Positions 51,410 through 63,590 of a DNA stretch of 64,000 nt are shown here, in pieces (position 1 is the first letter of the stretch; the number at the start of each line of letters is the position of its first letter). Position numbers and translations under genes: made by a program. The stretch lies in NCBI GenBank assembly GCA_002633005.1, contig NMRA01000021.1:1237119-1301118 (forward strand), in the 5' to 3' direction. Below the pieces are notes generated by a model. The model saw only the letters and a program-made list of their open reading frames with translations, was not told the DNA's origin and made no database searches. Source of the stretch: Phoronis australis (taxonomy: Eukaryota > Animalia > Phoronida).

Positions 51410-51865
51410 TATACCTGTCAACTGAGACCGGCAAGAGATCTTTTATCTATGCTGATGCTTTAATATGGAATTCTCTTAGCCGAGAAATTAAACAGTCTGA
51501 TCCAATTAATACTTTCAAACTGAATATTAAAAAGTGGCTGTAATTTTCCTAAACTTTTTATACCCTATCTGTCTTAATCATGTCGTTTTTATCATTGTCG
51601 TAAATACTCTCACTGTTTAGAGTCATCTCTTCATTTATTTCAGCTGTCTTAGTTAAGTTTTTACCATTCTTTGCCATTTATTTATTGTTTTAATTCTCAA
51701 CCTCTTTTAATTGTATCTTTGATACGTATTTTTAATTGTTGTTTTATTAAATCATTGTATTGTATGACTGTTTTTTGTTGTTGAGGGCCCTCTTGGAAAG
51801 CAGTGCTATCACTGAAGAGGCCACTCTCATTTTAGATATCACAATAAATAAATAATTAAATAAAG
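51410..51865 (+). mobile_element. 3' end of L2/CR1-group LINE
   Basis: TETGKRSFIY...WNSL...IK...TFK..IKKWL* C-terminus, T-rich UTR, conserved 3' box and (TAAA)n tail. Confidence 0.8.
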
Positions 51866-53031
51866 TTTTTCACGCACAGTTGTTCTACCGTATTTCTTCA
51901 CCATTTAAGCCCATGAGCCTATATCCGAAATAATGTCTTTTTCACGGTCTTTTTACCCAAGTTTCGCAGACAAAGTCCCCCACATAGGCCCACATATTAA
52001 TTCAAGCACAGGCGCCCCCGTTTCTTTTTTAAAACTTTCTTGCTTTTCATGAACAACATTTTATTTAAAATGCAACTTAACATCTGTTAACAAACAGCGT
52101 TTACACTGGTATCTTGAAAACACACCTTGTAATAGTTTAAAACTGAAATTTCTTAATAACTGAAATAAAGCGATGTCTAAAAGGGTCAAAAACCAGAGTT
52201 TTGACACTGGGGTCAGTGAGTGCAAATTAGCCGAGAATAAAATCTATACAACCTCCTTTCCCTTTGTTGTCTTCCGTTAACATCTATTGGAATGTTCCAC
52301 AACCAACATCCTTGTATGTTTTGTCCCTGGTGTCCAAAGAGCGAACTCACAATAATGTGTCTTCTTCAAACTCACCCCACCACCACCACCATAACCACCA
52401 CCATCATCATCACCAAAACTATCATCTTTATCATCACCATCTTCATGGTCATCTTTTTCCAGTACTTCCCAGTCGTTGTCGGTGTCTTTATCTATGGTGC
52501 AAAATCTCTGTCGCTTCATCGACTGCAAGATAATGCATTATTTTGCGCCTGCGAAATAACCGGATATTTGAAAAAATATTGGGTGCGCCTATTTACGGGG
52601 CACTGGACTATGGTCAGGTTACATAAGAAATAAAAGTCAACGTTTTATTTCATTAAATGATCAAAGTCTGAAAACTGCAGGCAAAGGGGTTTGAATGTCA
52701 TGTATTGCCACCGACCAAAAAACGTCGTTAGTGCGTATTTTCAGGGCTATCACGAGGATTTGCAACGCGAAAAATGGGGCTGTGCCGTTTCTCTTCCCCA
52801 TGTAACATCCAATATAACATACAGTTAGGCGGGACTGCGCACGACTTCACTCGTATAGGATTTATTATTTTTAACTACCAATCACGGCTTGGAAGACATT
52901 TTATAATCCAGAAAAAGAAAATAAAGAGTTCATTGGTTGAGTATTTATTCCAATGTCCGCTCAACATATTTTGTTTAAAAGACTTCAGTGCAAGTATAGG
53001 GAAGTGGCTTGACAAATTCCGCCAGTGGAAC

Positions 53032-55794
53032 ATGGATTTTAACTCCTGTTTTACCCTGCTTCTGGGATTGTGTTCACTGGTTAGACCTTTTCTAGCATGT
53101 TCAACCAACCCAGATGTCGTTGCACGCGGGGGAAATCTCGTGGTACAGTCTTGTGAAATAGAAGAGATACTGGAAATGATGTCTAGTGGTTTGAACTTAG
53201 CTCGTGTTAATAAGGCTAAATTCAGAGACAATCAGATCAAATTCGTTCCAGGTAGAATTTTTAGTGGCCTAGTAAAAGTCCATAGATTAGACTTAAGAGA
53301 CAACCACATTCAGACAATCTCTGAAAGAGCGTTCACGAGGTTGGAAGATCTGAAAGTTATTCTCCTTGGAAACAACAACATGTCCGTGGTGCCGGATGGA
53401 GTTTTTACTCGTTTGAAATACCTGGACATATTGGAATTACCGTTTAACAGAATTCAGACGATTTCTGAAAACGCATTCTCGGAAATGACAAATCTCAAAA
53501 TGTTGGACTTGCGATCCAATTTAATTTCTTCATTCCCGTCCACCAGTCTTCCGGCAGTGTCCACACCATTTAGGTTATTCTTGATGGATAATGTCTTTAC
53601 AAGCGTAAACAACTCCGCTTTCAGTAGAAGAAGCCATGTTCGAGAAGTCTTCTTAGAGCGCAACAATATGTCGTCCTTGCAGCCAAACTTTTTAGTAGGT
53701 CTGGAGAACGCCAAGATTATCGAGTTGGATTCTAATCAAATCGATGGCTTGATGGACTCGCCGTTTAGAAACCTTGGTTCCTTGATCGTTCTCCGTCTCA
53801 CTCATAACAAAATATCAACCCTTAATGCATCATCTTTCCGAGGACTCTCTCAACTCAAACTGCTGGGACTCGGTCATAACTACATCGAACGACTTGAAAG
53901 GAGATTGTTTGAACACCTCCCGTTACTAGAAACTCTTTATATTAATGGCAATAGACTGAAAACGATTGAGAAAGGCGCGATGGATGGTCTTCGTTTTCTG
54001 CATGGCTTACACCTGTCTGGTAATGAAATTGGTCTGATTGAACAAGAATGGATAGAAAATCCTATTTTGTTTGATTTAGATTTATCCCGCAATGGGTTGA
54101 AAATTGTAACAAACAAAACTCTGTACGGCTTGTTCATGGTAGAGCACCTTGATCTGTCCGACAACAAAATTGTAGCATTTAGTAACTATGCGTTTGCCAC
54201 TTTATTACAACTCAAAACGTTGTTCCTGAGTGGCAATGCTATTAGAAGCGCAACTGCTTTACTTTTAAAGCCCACTCTATCGTTAACCCGCGTTATGATG
54301 AATGTCAACGAATTTTCGGAAGTAGAACATGATATCTTCAAGTACTGCCCGCTAACCAATCTCCACATCCTCGTACATTCACTCTCGCAACTTCCGGCTA
54401 TAGCTGCTCAGTCACTATTCCTTAAATTTAAATTGCCTGGTCCAGTACAAAATGACATACTTTCAGAGGACTTATGGGCAGAGTATTTGGGAACTGAACC
54501 CTTCATCCTATCGTTGTCAATTATGCAGCAGGTGCGGGCTGAACGAATAAGTATTCTAGGCAGCAAAATATCTCATATTGAAGATAACGTATTTGCACAT
54601 ATGGAAACTATGACGGTGTCTTCGTTATCTTTGCAACTTAACGAAATCACGCGATTGACGAATAATACTTTTGTCGGTCTAACCTATCTTTCGAACTTGA
54701 ATTTAAAAGGTAACCAGATTGCAGACATTCAAAATGGAACATTTCAATTACTGCCACGCTTAGATAAATTGTCACTTGGAAGTAATAAGTTAAACTACTT
54801 ATACTTTGGTTTGTTCAGTAATTTAAAATTATTAAACTTTATTGATTTGTCAAGTAACGAAATAGAGAAAGCTGACAAAAACTGTTTCCAAGATCTTGTT
54901 ATGTTGTCGAAAATGGATCTTAGCAATAACCGTCTTAAAAATATTACTAGATACACATTCAACGGCTCTCTTCAAAATTTGGTACATCTGTCTCTAAGTA
55001 ACAATGAAATTACCTCAATCGACGAGAGCGCGTTTGCTAATCTAAGGGGCGTGGTCAACCTAAATCTGAGTCACAACAACATCGATCACGTGCCAGGGAA
55101 ATTATTTGAGTCGCTCATCAATCTTCGCTCTTTAGCTTTGGATAACAACTTGATAAAAGGAATCGGAAATGTTGTTTTACCAAATCTCCCAGGCATGTAC
55201 ACTTTGGACTTGTCTTACAACCAAATACAAGTGTTGCCCAAGATCTTCATTGATCATGCTATAACATCACGTCTGAGCTTTCAGTTTAAAATTAGACAAA
55301 ATCCTTTTCATTGCAACTGTTTATTGAGAGATTTCCAAGATTTCATCGCAAAACACCGACATAACATTCTTCATCAAGTCGATGTACCATCTTGTCATAC
55401 ACCATTTTTCTCGAGTCCGAATCATGAGAAATTTGTTAGTCTCAATCTGACATGCACAAAGCCTTCTATTCCAGAAATCAGTTTTGGAGTTATAAATGGC
55501 AACCTATTAGTGTTTTGCTCGTCTGAAGGAGATCCCGCACCGATTATCACAATTGTCTCCCCTGCTGGCGAAGCTTATGAATTCACATCTCTGCCCTCCG
55601 AATTACGCGTTGAAGGGACAATAAATTTGACACCCCTTGACATCATCCACAGATCTAAAGGTGTACTGTGTAATGCTACGAACGAGATTGGAACCTGGGA
55701 AAGTGTAGCAGCAGTTCCAAATCTAAGCAGTTCAGTGAGATTTGCATCAATCCTATCGTTTGCGCAAGTTGTTTGGGTTTACCTCGTCTTGTAG
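53032..55794 (+). CDS. Secreted/surface LRR-LRRCT-Ig protein, ~920 aa, probable GPI anchor
   Basis: Signal-peptide-like MDFNSCFTLLLGLCSLVRPFLA; about 25-27 LxxLxLxxNxI repeats in two blocks; LRRCT NPFHCNC...C; Ig-like CSSEGDPAP...CNATNEIG; hydrophobic C-terminus SSSVRFASILSFAQVVWVYLVL-stop; AATAAA at 56117. Confidence 0.9.
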   Translation: MDFNSCFTLLLGLCSLVRPFLACSTNPDVVARGGNLVVQSCEIEEILEMMSSGLNLARVNKAKFRDNQIKFVPGRIFSGLVKVHRLDLRDNHIQTISERAFTRLEDLKVILLGNNNMSVVPDGVFTRLKYLDILELPFNRIQTISENAFSEMTNLKMLDLRSNLISSFPSTSLPAVSTPFRLFLMDNVFTSVNNSAFSRRSHVREVFLERNNMSSLQPNFLVGLENAKIIELDSNQIDGLMDSPFRNLGSLIVLRLTHNKISTLNASSFRGLSQLKLLGLGHNYIERLERRLFEHLPLLETLYINGNRLKTIEKGAMDGLRFLHGLHLSGNEIGLIEQEWIENPILFDLDLSRNGLKIVTNKTLYGLFMVEHLDLSDNKIVAFSNYAFATLLQLKTLFLSGNAIRSATALLLKPTLSLTRVMMNVNEFSEVEHDIFKYCPLTNLHILVHSLSQLPAIAAQSLFLKFKLPGPVQNDILSEDLWAEYLGTEPFILSLSIMQQVRAERISILGSKISHIEDNVFAHMETMTVSSLSLQLNEITRLTNNTFVGLTYLSNLNLKGNQIADIQNGTFQLLPRLDKLSLGSNKLNYLYFGLFSNLKLLNFIDLSSNEIEKADKNCFQDLVMLSKMDLSNNRLKNITRYTFNGSLQNLVHLSLSNNEITSIDESAFANLRGVVNLNLSHNNIDHVPGKLFESLINLRSLALDNNLIKGIGNVVLPNLPGMYTLDLSYNQIQVLPKIFIDHAITSRLSFQFKIRQNPFHCNCLLRDFQDFIAKHRHNILHQVDVPSCHTPFFSSPNHEKFVSLNLTCTKPSIPEISFGVINGNLLVFCSSEGDPAPIITIVSPAGEAYEFTSLPSELRVEGTINLTPLDIIHRSKGVLCNATNEIGTWESVAAVPNLSSSVRFASILSFAQVVWVYLVL

Positions 55795-56185
55795 CCTTGT
55801 TTTCCCTCACGTGATCACAAAGTACAAAGCCTGTCCATGCTAAGGTTATGTAGAGCCTTATTGAAAAGACTGCTCATTTATCCAAATTTCTACAAAACTA
55901 TAGAATTTAATTCATCAAAAGTATTTATTTTCTAAAAGCAGAAATTGCGTTGAATTTAAACAAATTCGATGACAATACAAAATATTATCTCCAAAACACA
56001 CATCGTTTCGTTTCCTTTTTTGCAACTTGCGATTTTTTCACAAATATCGTATTAGTTGTGCTTTTGATTTTTTCCTGCAAAAGTGAGACATTTTAGAAAA
56101 TGCAATTTGAAAAGTGAATAAAGCATATTATCACATTTTGTTAGGATCCTACAGAACCTAAGACGAACGTTTTACAGTGTTGATT

Positions 56186-56441
56186 CATGCGCGCACCCAG
56201 GGGGAGGGGGCTCGGGGTCTCAAACCAACCCCCCATTTGGCGAAGTCATGTGCAAAAAAGTCCGCCTCAGAGAAACAAAAACTCAAAGAAGAAAGTAGAA
56301 AACGAGACAAAAGTCCATTAAAAAGACTGGAACCGCCAAAATTCGGCGTATGCACAATTCGAACATACCCCGTGAATCTTAGTAAAATATTCACATTCTC
56401 AAAAATTCGAGCCTTCCATTTTTAGGCTGGGTGCGCGGATG
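56186..56441 (+). mobile_element. MITE family C
   Basis: TIR catgcgcgcacccag / ctgggtgcgcggatg; flanks tgatt/tgaat; colinear with 63333-63590. Confidence 0.85.
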
Positions 56442-56699
56442 TGAATGTTTTCCGAGAATCACGGGTGTGTCGGTTTGGAAAAGTACCGAAATGGATTCCA
56501 TGGCTTCATTTATTCCGGAACCTCAGAGGATTCCCCGACTTTATATTAGTCGGGCACATATATAGAGGAAGTAACGCTAGTGACGTTGTGTACCGTAGAG
56601 CTACTGTCGCGGATATAGACCTATGTTTATCCCAGACGCTTTGAATAAGTTGAGTGCAATATGACCATGTGGTAAAGGCATTTGTTACTGCACTCCCGG

Positions 56700-57330
56700 A
56701 ACTACTTTAACTCTGACATGGAAATTGCGAAAGGTAGGCCAACGTCGACTTGGCGTCGTCAGTCAGCTCGACTATCAAAGTTTCCTAAAATAGTTTAAAG
56801 TAATATATTTGCAGCAGTCTAAGTAACGCTCAATATGCAATCAGGTCCCAAACATAACATCTGGTACAATATTGTTAATTATATAACACTTCTATATTAG
56901 TTATATTTGTCAATATCATATCGTCAACATGAACCCAATCGCCAATTCCTCGGTAACTTAAATGTTAAGAACTGTTGTTATATCATTATTTTCAGAAAAT
57001 GTTATAGTTTATTGCACAGTTACCGTTGCTTTCATCTTTGTTATCTCTTTTCAAGTAATAAAGCGTTACATTTAAAAGTGTTTCTTTTACAAGAGAAAAC
57101 GTGAAACATAACGCGCACGTATATACCTATAGGGTGTGATCCGCCAGGTGAACAGTCTGGATGAAGTATTTAAAAAAAGAAAATATGAAAAAGCTTAAGA
57201 ACTTGAAGCATATGGGATAAATAGAAAACGTACCACGATTGGCGTAGACGAAGTAATATTGCACTCGACATTATTCGGCGTCTCGCGAAACCGAAGGTTA
57301 AGGTCGATACGCGGAATTATGTCTCGTGAG
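56700..57330 (+). repeat. Repeat family A, copy 3
   Basis: Colinear with ~180-760. Confidence 0.8.
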
Positions 57331-57380
57331 ATATAAATTATTACATGGCGAAGTTGTTATCCCCTGTTATCTAGAGCCCT

Positions 57381-57448
57381 AGTGGATTTTGGAGAATTAT
57401 CACCCGAGGGGCGTTAGCTCCGAGGGTGATAATTTAACAAAATCCACT
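57381..57448. repeat. Hairpin/palindrome
   Basis: agtggatttt..aattatcacc / ggtgataatt..aaaatccact. Confidence 0.7.
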
Positions 57449-57938
57449 GAACGAGAAGCAAATAATCGATCTACCTTTCTCGACTCGCCTCGGCTTTGTA
57501 ACTACTTTCTATGTCAGAGGCCCGGGGTCGGAGGTCGTGACCTTTTAAGAAAAGCTGAGCTATTTTTGTCAAATAATGCTTTTACTCAAAACCAATTGAA
57601 AATTGAAACAAAATAGAAATAAAAAGTGAATTTATAAATTAAGGTTTAGCAACTATTATAGCTTACTACACATTTTATCACGATAAGCTTCGACCGGGAA
57701 AATATCGTCTGCTAAAGTAGGTTACCACTAGTAACTGCATATAATGCTCAAGTCAAAGGATCCCAACGACACGATACCCGCATTCAAATTGGATATCGGT
57801 GATTTACAAGTGAGAGAACACGAGAGAAAAAGTTCACTGAATTAAAATATCGTTTTCATGGAAATTATGCCCTTTACTGAACATGCGATTGTTGCGCGTG
57901 CTCATTTAGGTATTCTATTTTCACGTTCGATGACGTCA

Positions 57939-58010
57939 GCCGCTGAGTGGTGTAGTGGTAAAGTCGGCGACTCGAAACTCTTGAGGCCCGGGTTCGAAAC
58001 CGGCCTCAGT
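57939..58010 (+). mobile_element. tRNA-derived SINE head or tRNA pseudogene
   Basis: Pol III A box TGGTGTAGTGG and B box GGTTCGAAACC at tRNA spacing; ctgag/ctcag closing stem; no convincing anticodon arm. Confidence 0.65.
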
Positions 58011-60165
58011 TTACCGCCAAAATGTTATCCCACCAGTGTCGTCACCCTTTAAAGAACACTGAGGTGGCATTTCACACCCTGACTTTACATCCCAGCTCTC
58101 TGGACAGTCACAACGTAGCGACAATTCGAAAACGCCTTTACAATGGAATCTACAACATCTCGTAAACATTCGCAAGGGGTCAAGAGAGTCACAAGGACTC
58201 GCATTCTTGCTCGCGGATATTTTGTTTTCAAATTGTCACAAAGCCGTTGAACACAAATCGAAGCCTTCGCAAGGTTTTAGGGAAAAAAAATTGCAAGTAG
58301 TGGAATGAGGACGCTGCTAATTTGACTTACACCCCTAAGGACACTTCAGCTTCACGGGTTAAATAATTTCACCATACGAGCGTTTGAAAGACGCCTCTTT
58401 ATTACTATCGTTTATTCGACCCTGGTATACGCACGCGGATATTTATCAAGTTGGTGACAAAAACAGATGCCACGGGTCTAACCTCCGAGGAACAAGTGAC
58501 TATTTGAAATTTCGAACAAAATTTTGATATTTTCTCAAAACGCATAAATACAAGAAACAATTTAATTATTATGATTGTCACTCATGCTTTTTTAAAAACG
58601 CCTAAATATGCACGCATACACGGCATTATGCATGGAGAATCAAACTAAAACCAAGGAGTGAATTCTCAAAAAAGTGTGTATTAAATTCACGGTTACGGTT
58701 CACTTGTGCTTCGCACGGATACTGGCTACTGTGCGCGGAAACGAAAAATAATATTATGCGTGTTCGTGGCGAAATACGTTTCAAACCATAGTGGTCCTCA
58801 ACGAAGTAGATTTTGGCTATATCCATATATAACATGTTGTTGCATAAGTTAGTATACATTTATCTCATTCATCCACCCCTCAGGTAAGTAGCAAAGACGT
58901 AAAATGTAGCGTGGAATATCTTTAACAGAAAAATAAAATGAGAGTTGTCTTGGACATAATTATAACGTGACTCGCTACAACAAATTCGATTTAGGCATAT
59001 GCGCCTAGTCGCACGCAATATTTAGACATATGCGCCTAGTCGCACGCAGTAACGAACCGTCAAGTCAATTACTCACTCATGTTGTCAGATCAGTATAGTT
59101 CGGTAGCAGCCTTTCGTTTACACAAATTTCGTTGAAAACACTGTTTTTTTTAAACAGTGTTTTCATATAACCAGCAAACTAAAGTTTGTTGATTATATCT
59201 CTTGGTGTTTTACTACATAGCTGCCCTCCTGAAGAAAGGAGATTATTCAGACATTACGAGCGAACCACTATCAAGCTTGCAAACTAAAAGTCTAGTGTTT
59301 TCAACGAAGTTAATGTTATGAGAAAGAAAAAGTCGAGACCCGACATCGTGACGAAACGTCTCCCAAATAAAAACTTTGGTGGAAATCTATCAATACTGTG
59401 TAGCGCATACAAGCGTCATAGAAATCGTAAGTCGTACCGGAGACGGCTGATTTGAACTCCTAAATTGCATCATATTAGTAACAGATAAGTCAACCCTAAA
59501 CATTCGAATATCAGGGTCTCCAAGTACAGTATTACTGTCTACTACAAAAAGAATACGATTTTAACATTGAAACACTGTTCAAAGTCTTCCAATAGTAGAG
59601 TCCGAAAATTTTGAGCGGCGCCGGCGTGCATTCGAGCTTTCGATACTTAAGAAAGTAACGTTTCACGAGCGTTCAATTTATCTAAATACGGATGTGAGTT
59701 GGGAAAAATCGTTGATCCAAATCACGACAAAATTACCATGATTAGCAGACGACGTACTTACCCGAAGTAAAACGTGCTATGTCTGCCAGGTACAGTATCT
59801 ATAGTGAATCGCGACGTCACGACTTAAGCGTAAGATCACAGATTTCATCCACTGAAAACATACGGAGATAGCGGTCCATGTACTGTGGTCAACGGTGCCA
59901 AAGCCTTTGGTAAGTAGAGGCGGCGGCACTATGAGTTTGTAACCCACGAAGATTTGGAAGAGTTAAACTTTGCCCTATCGGCAGACTGCGTGTTTGAAAC
60001 CGTACGAACTCAACTCTTACGCATCAGCGTCTTCGGTAAATCAAGCCTACTCAGTATGCGGACAGTGCTGATTTCAGAAGTGATATGTCTGAGTGGAAAA
60101 ACCAGCTTTTTATTGAATCATCATTTAATTTTCTAACCACTTTAGTGCCTGAGACCAGGCATTAC

Positions 60166-60458
60166 CAGTGGCAGATTTAGGGGTGGGCCAAGGGGGCCAT
60201 GGCTCACCCTAAAATTCTACCAGATACCATTTGTGAGTTCGGGTGCGCGCAAGCATTGGCTCGTCGGGGTTGAATAAACAACGCATAGGCCTTGAACAAA
60301 CTGAACAAACCCCGTTTACCGTTTTTTTTTAGTCAACAGGTCCGCATTCGAGGCCTCTGCGTCCCCACAAGTTAGGCTGGGCGCGCGCGTCTGCCGAAAT
60401 TCTGGTTATTCCCGTGCCCTGCCCCCCCCCCTAACTCAAAATCCTGGATCCGCCCCTG
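60166..60458 (+). mobile_element. CAGTGGC...CCGCCCCTG MITE with nested family C-like fragment
   Basis: Perfect ATTAC duplication (60161-60165, 60459-60463); internal ~60245-60390 ends in ttaggctgggcgcgcgc. Confidence 0.8.
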
Positions 60459-60572
60459 ATTACAAATTGACTTGACGCGGCGTGTCATTTTATGCAACGA
60501 CCAAGGTCTCAAGAAAAAACGAAGTGACAGTTCTTTGGAAGCACAGAAATGCCTTTCATCTGAGTTTTTTCA

Positions 60573-61150
60573 CATTTTGCGACTAACTTACAACAAAAAT
60601 TTCGAGGCATTGACTTGAGACCATCTACAGGCCCACTGATACAAGTGACGATTTATCTTTATTACCCCTGCTCGGCCAGCTTACCTCCCTGTTTGAGAAA
60701 TTTTGGAAGTAATATTTTTGTCCCCTATGCAATATTGTAATGGTGCCATCCATGTGGTCGCCGTCATTCTTCATAGTGACAAAACGATTTTTCGTTTACA
60801 CCTATGTGATCACGTGACCAGTTGTTATTTCACATATAGTACTTAGGCGGCGCTCACGCTGGTCTCCCGCTATTATACCGCCGGGTACACAATAAAATAT
60901 GCAAGTTTGTTATGTACACAAAGAGATTTCTCCAGTGTCCACCGACATGACCGATACAAATCCGTGTTTTGAGTTACCACTTCTGTACAGCCAAGATCCA
61001 TCGACGGTTGCCGCGCAATCTAATGTCTGCCCATCATCGATGTCGGAAACCAACAACGGTCTCAATTTTTCACCAGCATTCTTGAGGCATTGACATAAAT
61101 TTAAGTATTGTCTTAGCCAAGCCAGTTTTCTAGGCACAGGCCCCATAACT
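60573..61150 (-). mobile_element. Mutator-like/Kolobok-related transposase fragment (repeat family B, copy 2)
   Basis: ATVDGSWLYRSGNSKHGFVSVMSVDTGE resembles the DG[ST]W-x2-RG-x2-S-x2-G...S-x-DTG motif. Confidence 0.65.
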
Positions 61151-63332
61151 TTCTATCGCATTTGCGGACTTGCGCTAGCATTTTTTTCTTTTTATTGCAG
61201 TTTTATCTTCTTAACTAAGTAAATTTTAGCTTTGATACTCCGAGAATAAAAACTAAGTTGAATTTTCTACGTAACTGAATATAAATAAGGAGCTTTCAAG
61301 CAACGCTTCTAATTTAAGGACGAAGTTAATGTTTCATTGTATTGAAATAAGAGCTCAGTTTTCAGATTATTACAAGAAAACGTGACTCTTTTGTCAAAGA
61401 TGACCTTATAATAAAAAAGAAAAAAAAACACATTTTCAGTTAACAAAGACGCAAACGTGCCCAAGACATCGTAGTTGAGACCTTCTCTGGGATTGTTTCA
61501 TGAAATCGTGTACAGGGGAGGTAATTGTTGGCTGACGCGTGGCCCAGAATTTGACAAAGTTGAATTTACGAGTTTCAGTCCCGCCTTTCTATGGCCCTGT
61601 AGAGTTTCAAAATATTTTGAGGCTTTTATTTCATGCAAGACTGGTCCTTTATACGTAACCAAAATTAGACACAAGATTTTTTTTTCTTGTGAAATTTGCC
61701 GTACGCTGTTCTCGCTCATTCACACGTCATTTGGCCTAGGCAGACGACGCCTCTCGGAAGTTTTTTGACAGGGAATTCGGGTTGCAAAATTTGAACAGCG
61801 CGTACAAACGCAGGTGTCAGTTCTTCGTTTATATTTTTGACTGAAAGCGGATGCATTGAGACTTATGTATGGACTAGCACTTCTTGATTTTGTTTTGTCA
61901 CATCAAAAATAAGCCGTCTCTGACTAATTATGTTGTTTATGCTTCTCCTAACGTGACTTACCCCGTCTGTGACCCAAGCTTGCAGACAATATAGAATTTT
62001 TATGAGCAAGCAGCAGTTCAACAAGACATGCTTAAATGTCACCAGCACCTGGTTTAGACTCAGGACTATGACCAGTTGTAAGAGTGTTGTCTTTGTACTC
62101 GATGCAAAAATGGATCAGTTTAAAAATAGTTCCTAACTGCATTTGGGAGAACTGTACAAGCCATGGTATTTAAAATTTTCAAATAAATAACAACAGCCAT
62201 TTCTGTGATGTGATGTTCGGAATTTGGACATCTTTTAAAGGTTAGTTTGATTTAAATAAGAATTTATGAACCAGTCTTCAGTCAAAGGAACTAGTTTTTA
62301 ACGTACAGAGTATTACATTGAAACAGGAACCGCGGTATAAAACAGATATTCTGAAGTCGAAAACGGACTCTCGCAACTTCAAAACAGCTAACCAGCCCGA
62401 AAAACACGAACCCCGACCTTTGAAACAGGAACCCCAAGGATCAGACATGAATCCCGGGAACCGAAAAAAAATGTCCGTATTTCCTGTCCGATCACCGAGA
62501 CAAAGCTGATCCAAATGCTTCCAGGTTATTTTCTGAACAGAATCTCCATCTGCTGCCCAAACTTCGGACTTAACTTAAACACATTTTGGCTTTTAATTCT
62601 TGGCTCTTGAGTCAGTTTTTAACAAAAGGGCGCCAGAGCTATGAAACAACAAAATCCATAATGTGTCTTGTGATTTTATTACAAACCGCGAACTCCAGAT
62701 AAGATGTGAGATATTCAAGTAAACTTCACCAACCTAGCGTTCGGTTGAACAGCTAGGTTATACAGGACGTGCATTGGGTAAGCACAAGTGCCTTATACGC
62801 TATTTTAGTTATGGCGGTGGGTATACTCACGGCTAAATTGTACTTGTGTACGTGAAGTTGCTTGCCTCGATACGATTTTTTTACGTTAACATAGTACAAT
62901 ACAGTAATACAGAGAAGGCAAAATTTTATTAGTTACTCAGTGAAATCACAAGCAAAAATACATCATCTTAGAATTTGTCAACCTTGTAAAATAGCTATGC
63001 AATATAAACACTGCCTTAAACTTGACACAATATTGCGAGTCTTTAAAATCCGTCTGGCTGTCCGCCTTTCCTTGAGTCGCAGTAGGCGTACACTTTGTCA
63101 TCGTCGACGTAGATCGCTTGGACGACGGAAACACTAGTCAGTGCCTTAGTGTCATGTTGTTTCGCTTTCAGACCTTTCAGTACGTACTACAAGTAATCAC
63201 GGAACAGACATGATTCGATAAGATAATCTACTCATCCGTAACAGCAGTCCCCTGAGCAGGTACTCTAAACGTAGCTCTACAGTCATGTAAGAACTTGTCG
63301 CGGTGATCATAAAGGGTTTTAGATTCACCTAG

Positions 63333-63590
63333 CATGCGCGCACCCAGGGGAGGGGCTTAGGGCGCTTGAACGAGTCCCCCATTTGGTTAAGTGGGCAAAA
63401 ATGTCCGCCTCAAAGAGACAAAAAATCCGAAAAAAGTAGAAAATGAGACAGAAGTCCACTAAAAAGGCAGAAACTACCAAAATTTGGTGAATGCACAAAT
63501 CATAGCTCTGAACGTATCCCGTGAATCTTAGTAAAAGTTCATTATTCTTGAAAATTCGAGCCCCTCATTTTTAGGCTGGGTGCGCGCATG
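63333..63590 (+). mobile_element. MITE family C
   Basis: Perfect 15-bp TIR catgcgcgcacccag; perfect CCTAG duplication on both flanks. Confidence 0.9.

Noticed and set aside
52264-52633. His-, Thr- or Asp/Gly-rich ORFs
   Set aside because: Low-complexity (CAC/CAT)n tract open in several frames, probably within a TACCGTA-ended repeat; no domain or splice support
52774-53031. N-terminal 86-aa extension of the LRR ORF in the ORF track
   Set aside because: Signal-peptide-like sequence starts at ATG 53032; the upstream part has no LRR character and contains a plausible acceptor (ttttgtttaaaag, 52981), so it is likely intron/UTR
57939-58010. Functional tRNA gene
   Set aside because: A and B boxes present but anticodon arm does not fold convincingly and no oligo-T terminator follows
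58990-59050. Short tandem units (31-bp x2 here; ~26-bp x3 at 34210-34290; gtacccacttggtac-like motifs at 51088-51230) as CRISPR-like arrays
   Set aside because: No unique spacers, degenerate units, eukaryotic context; ordinary tandem or TE subterminal repeats
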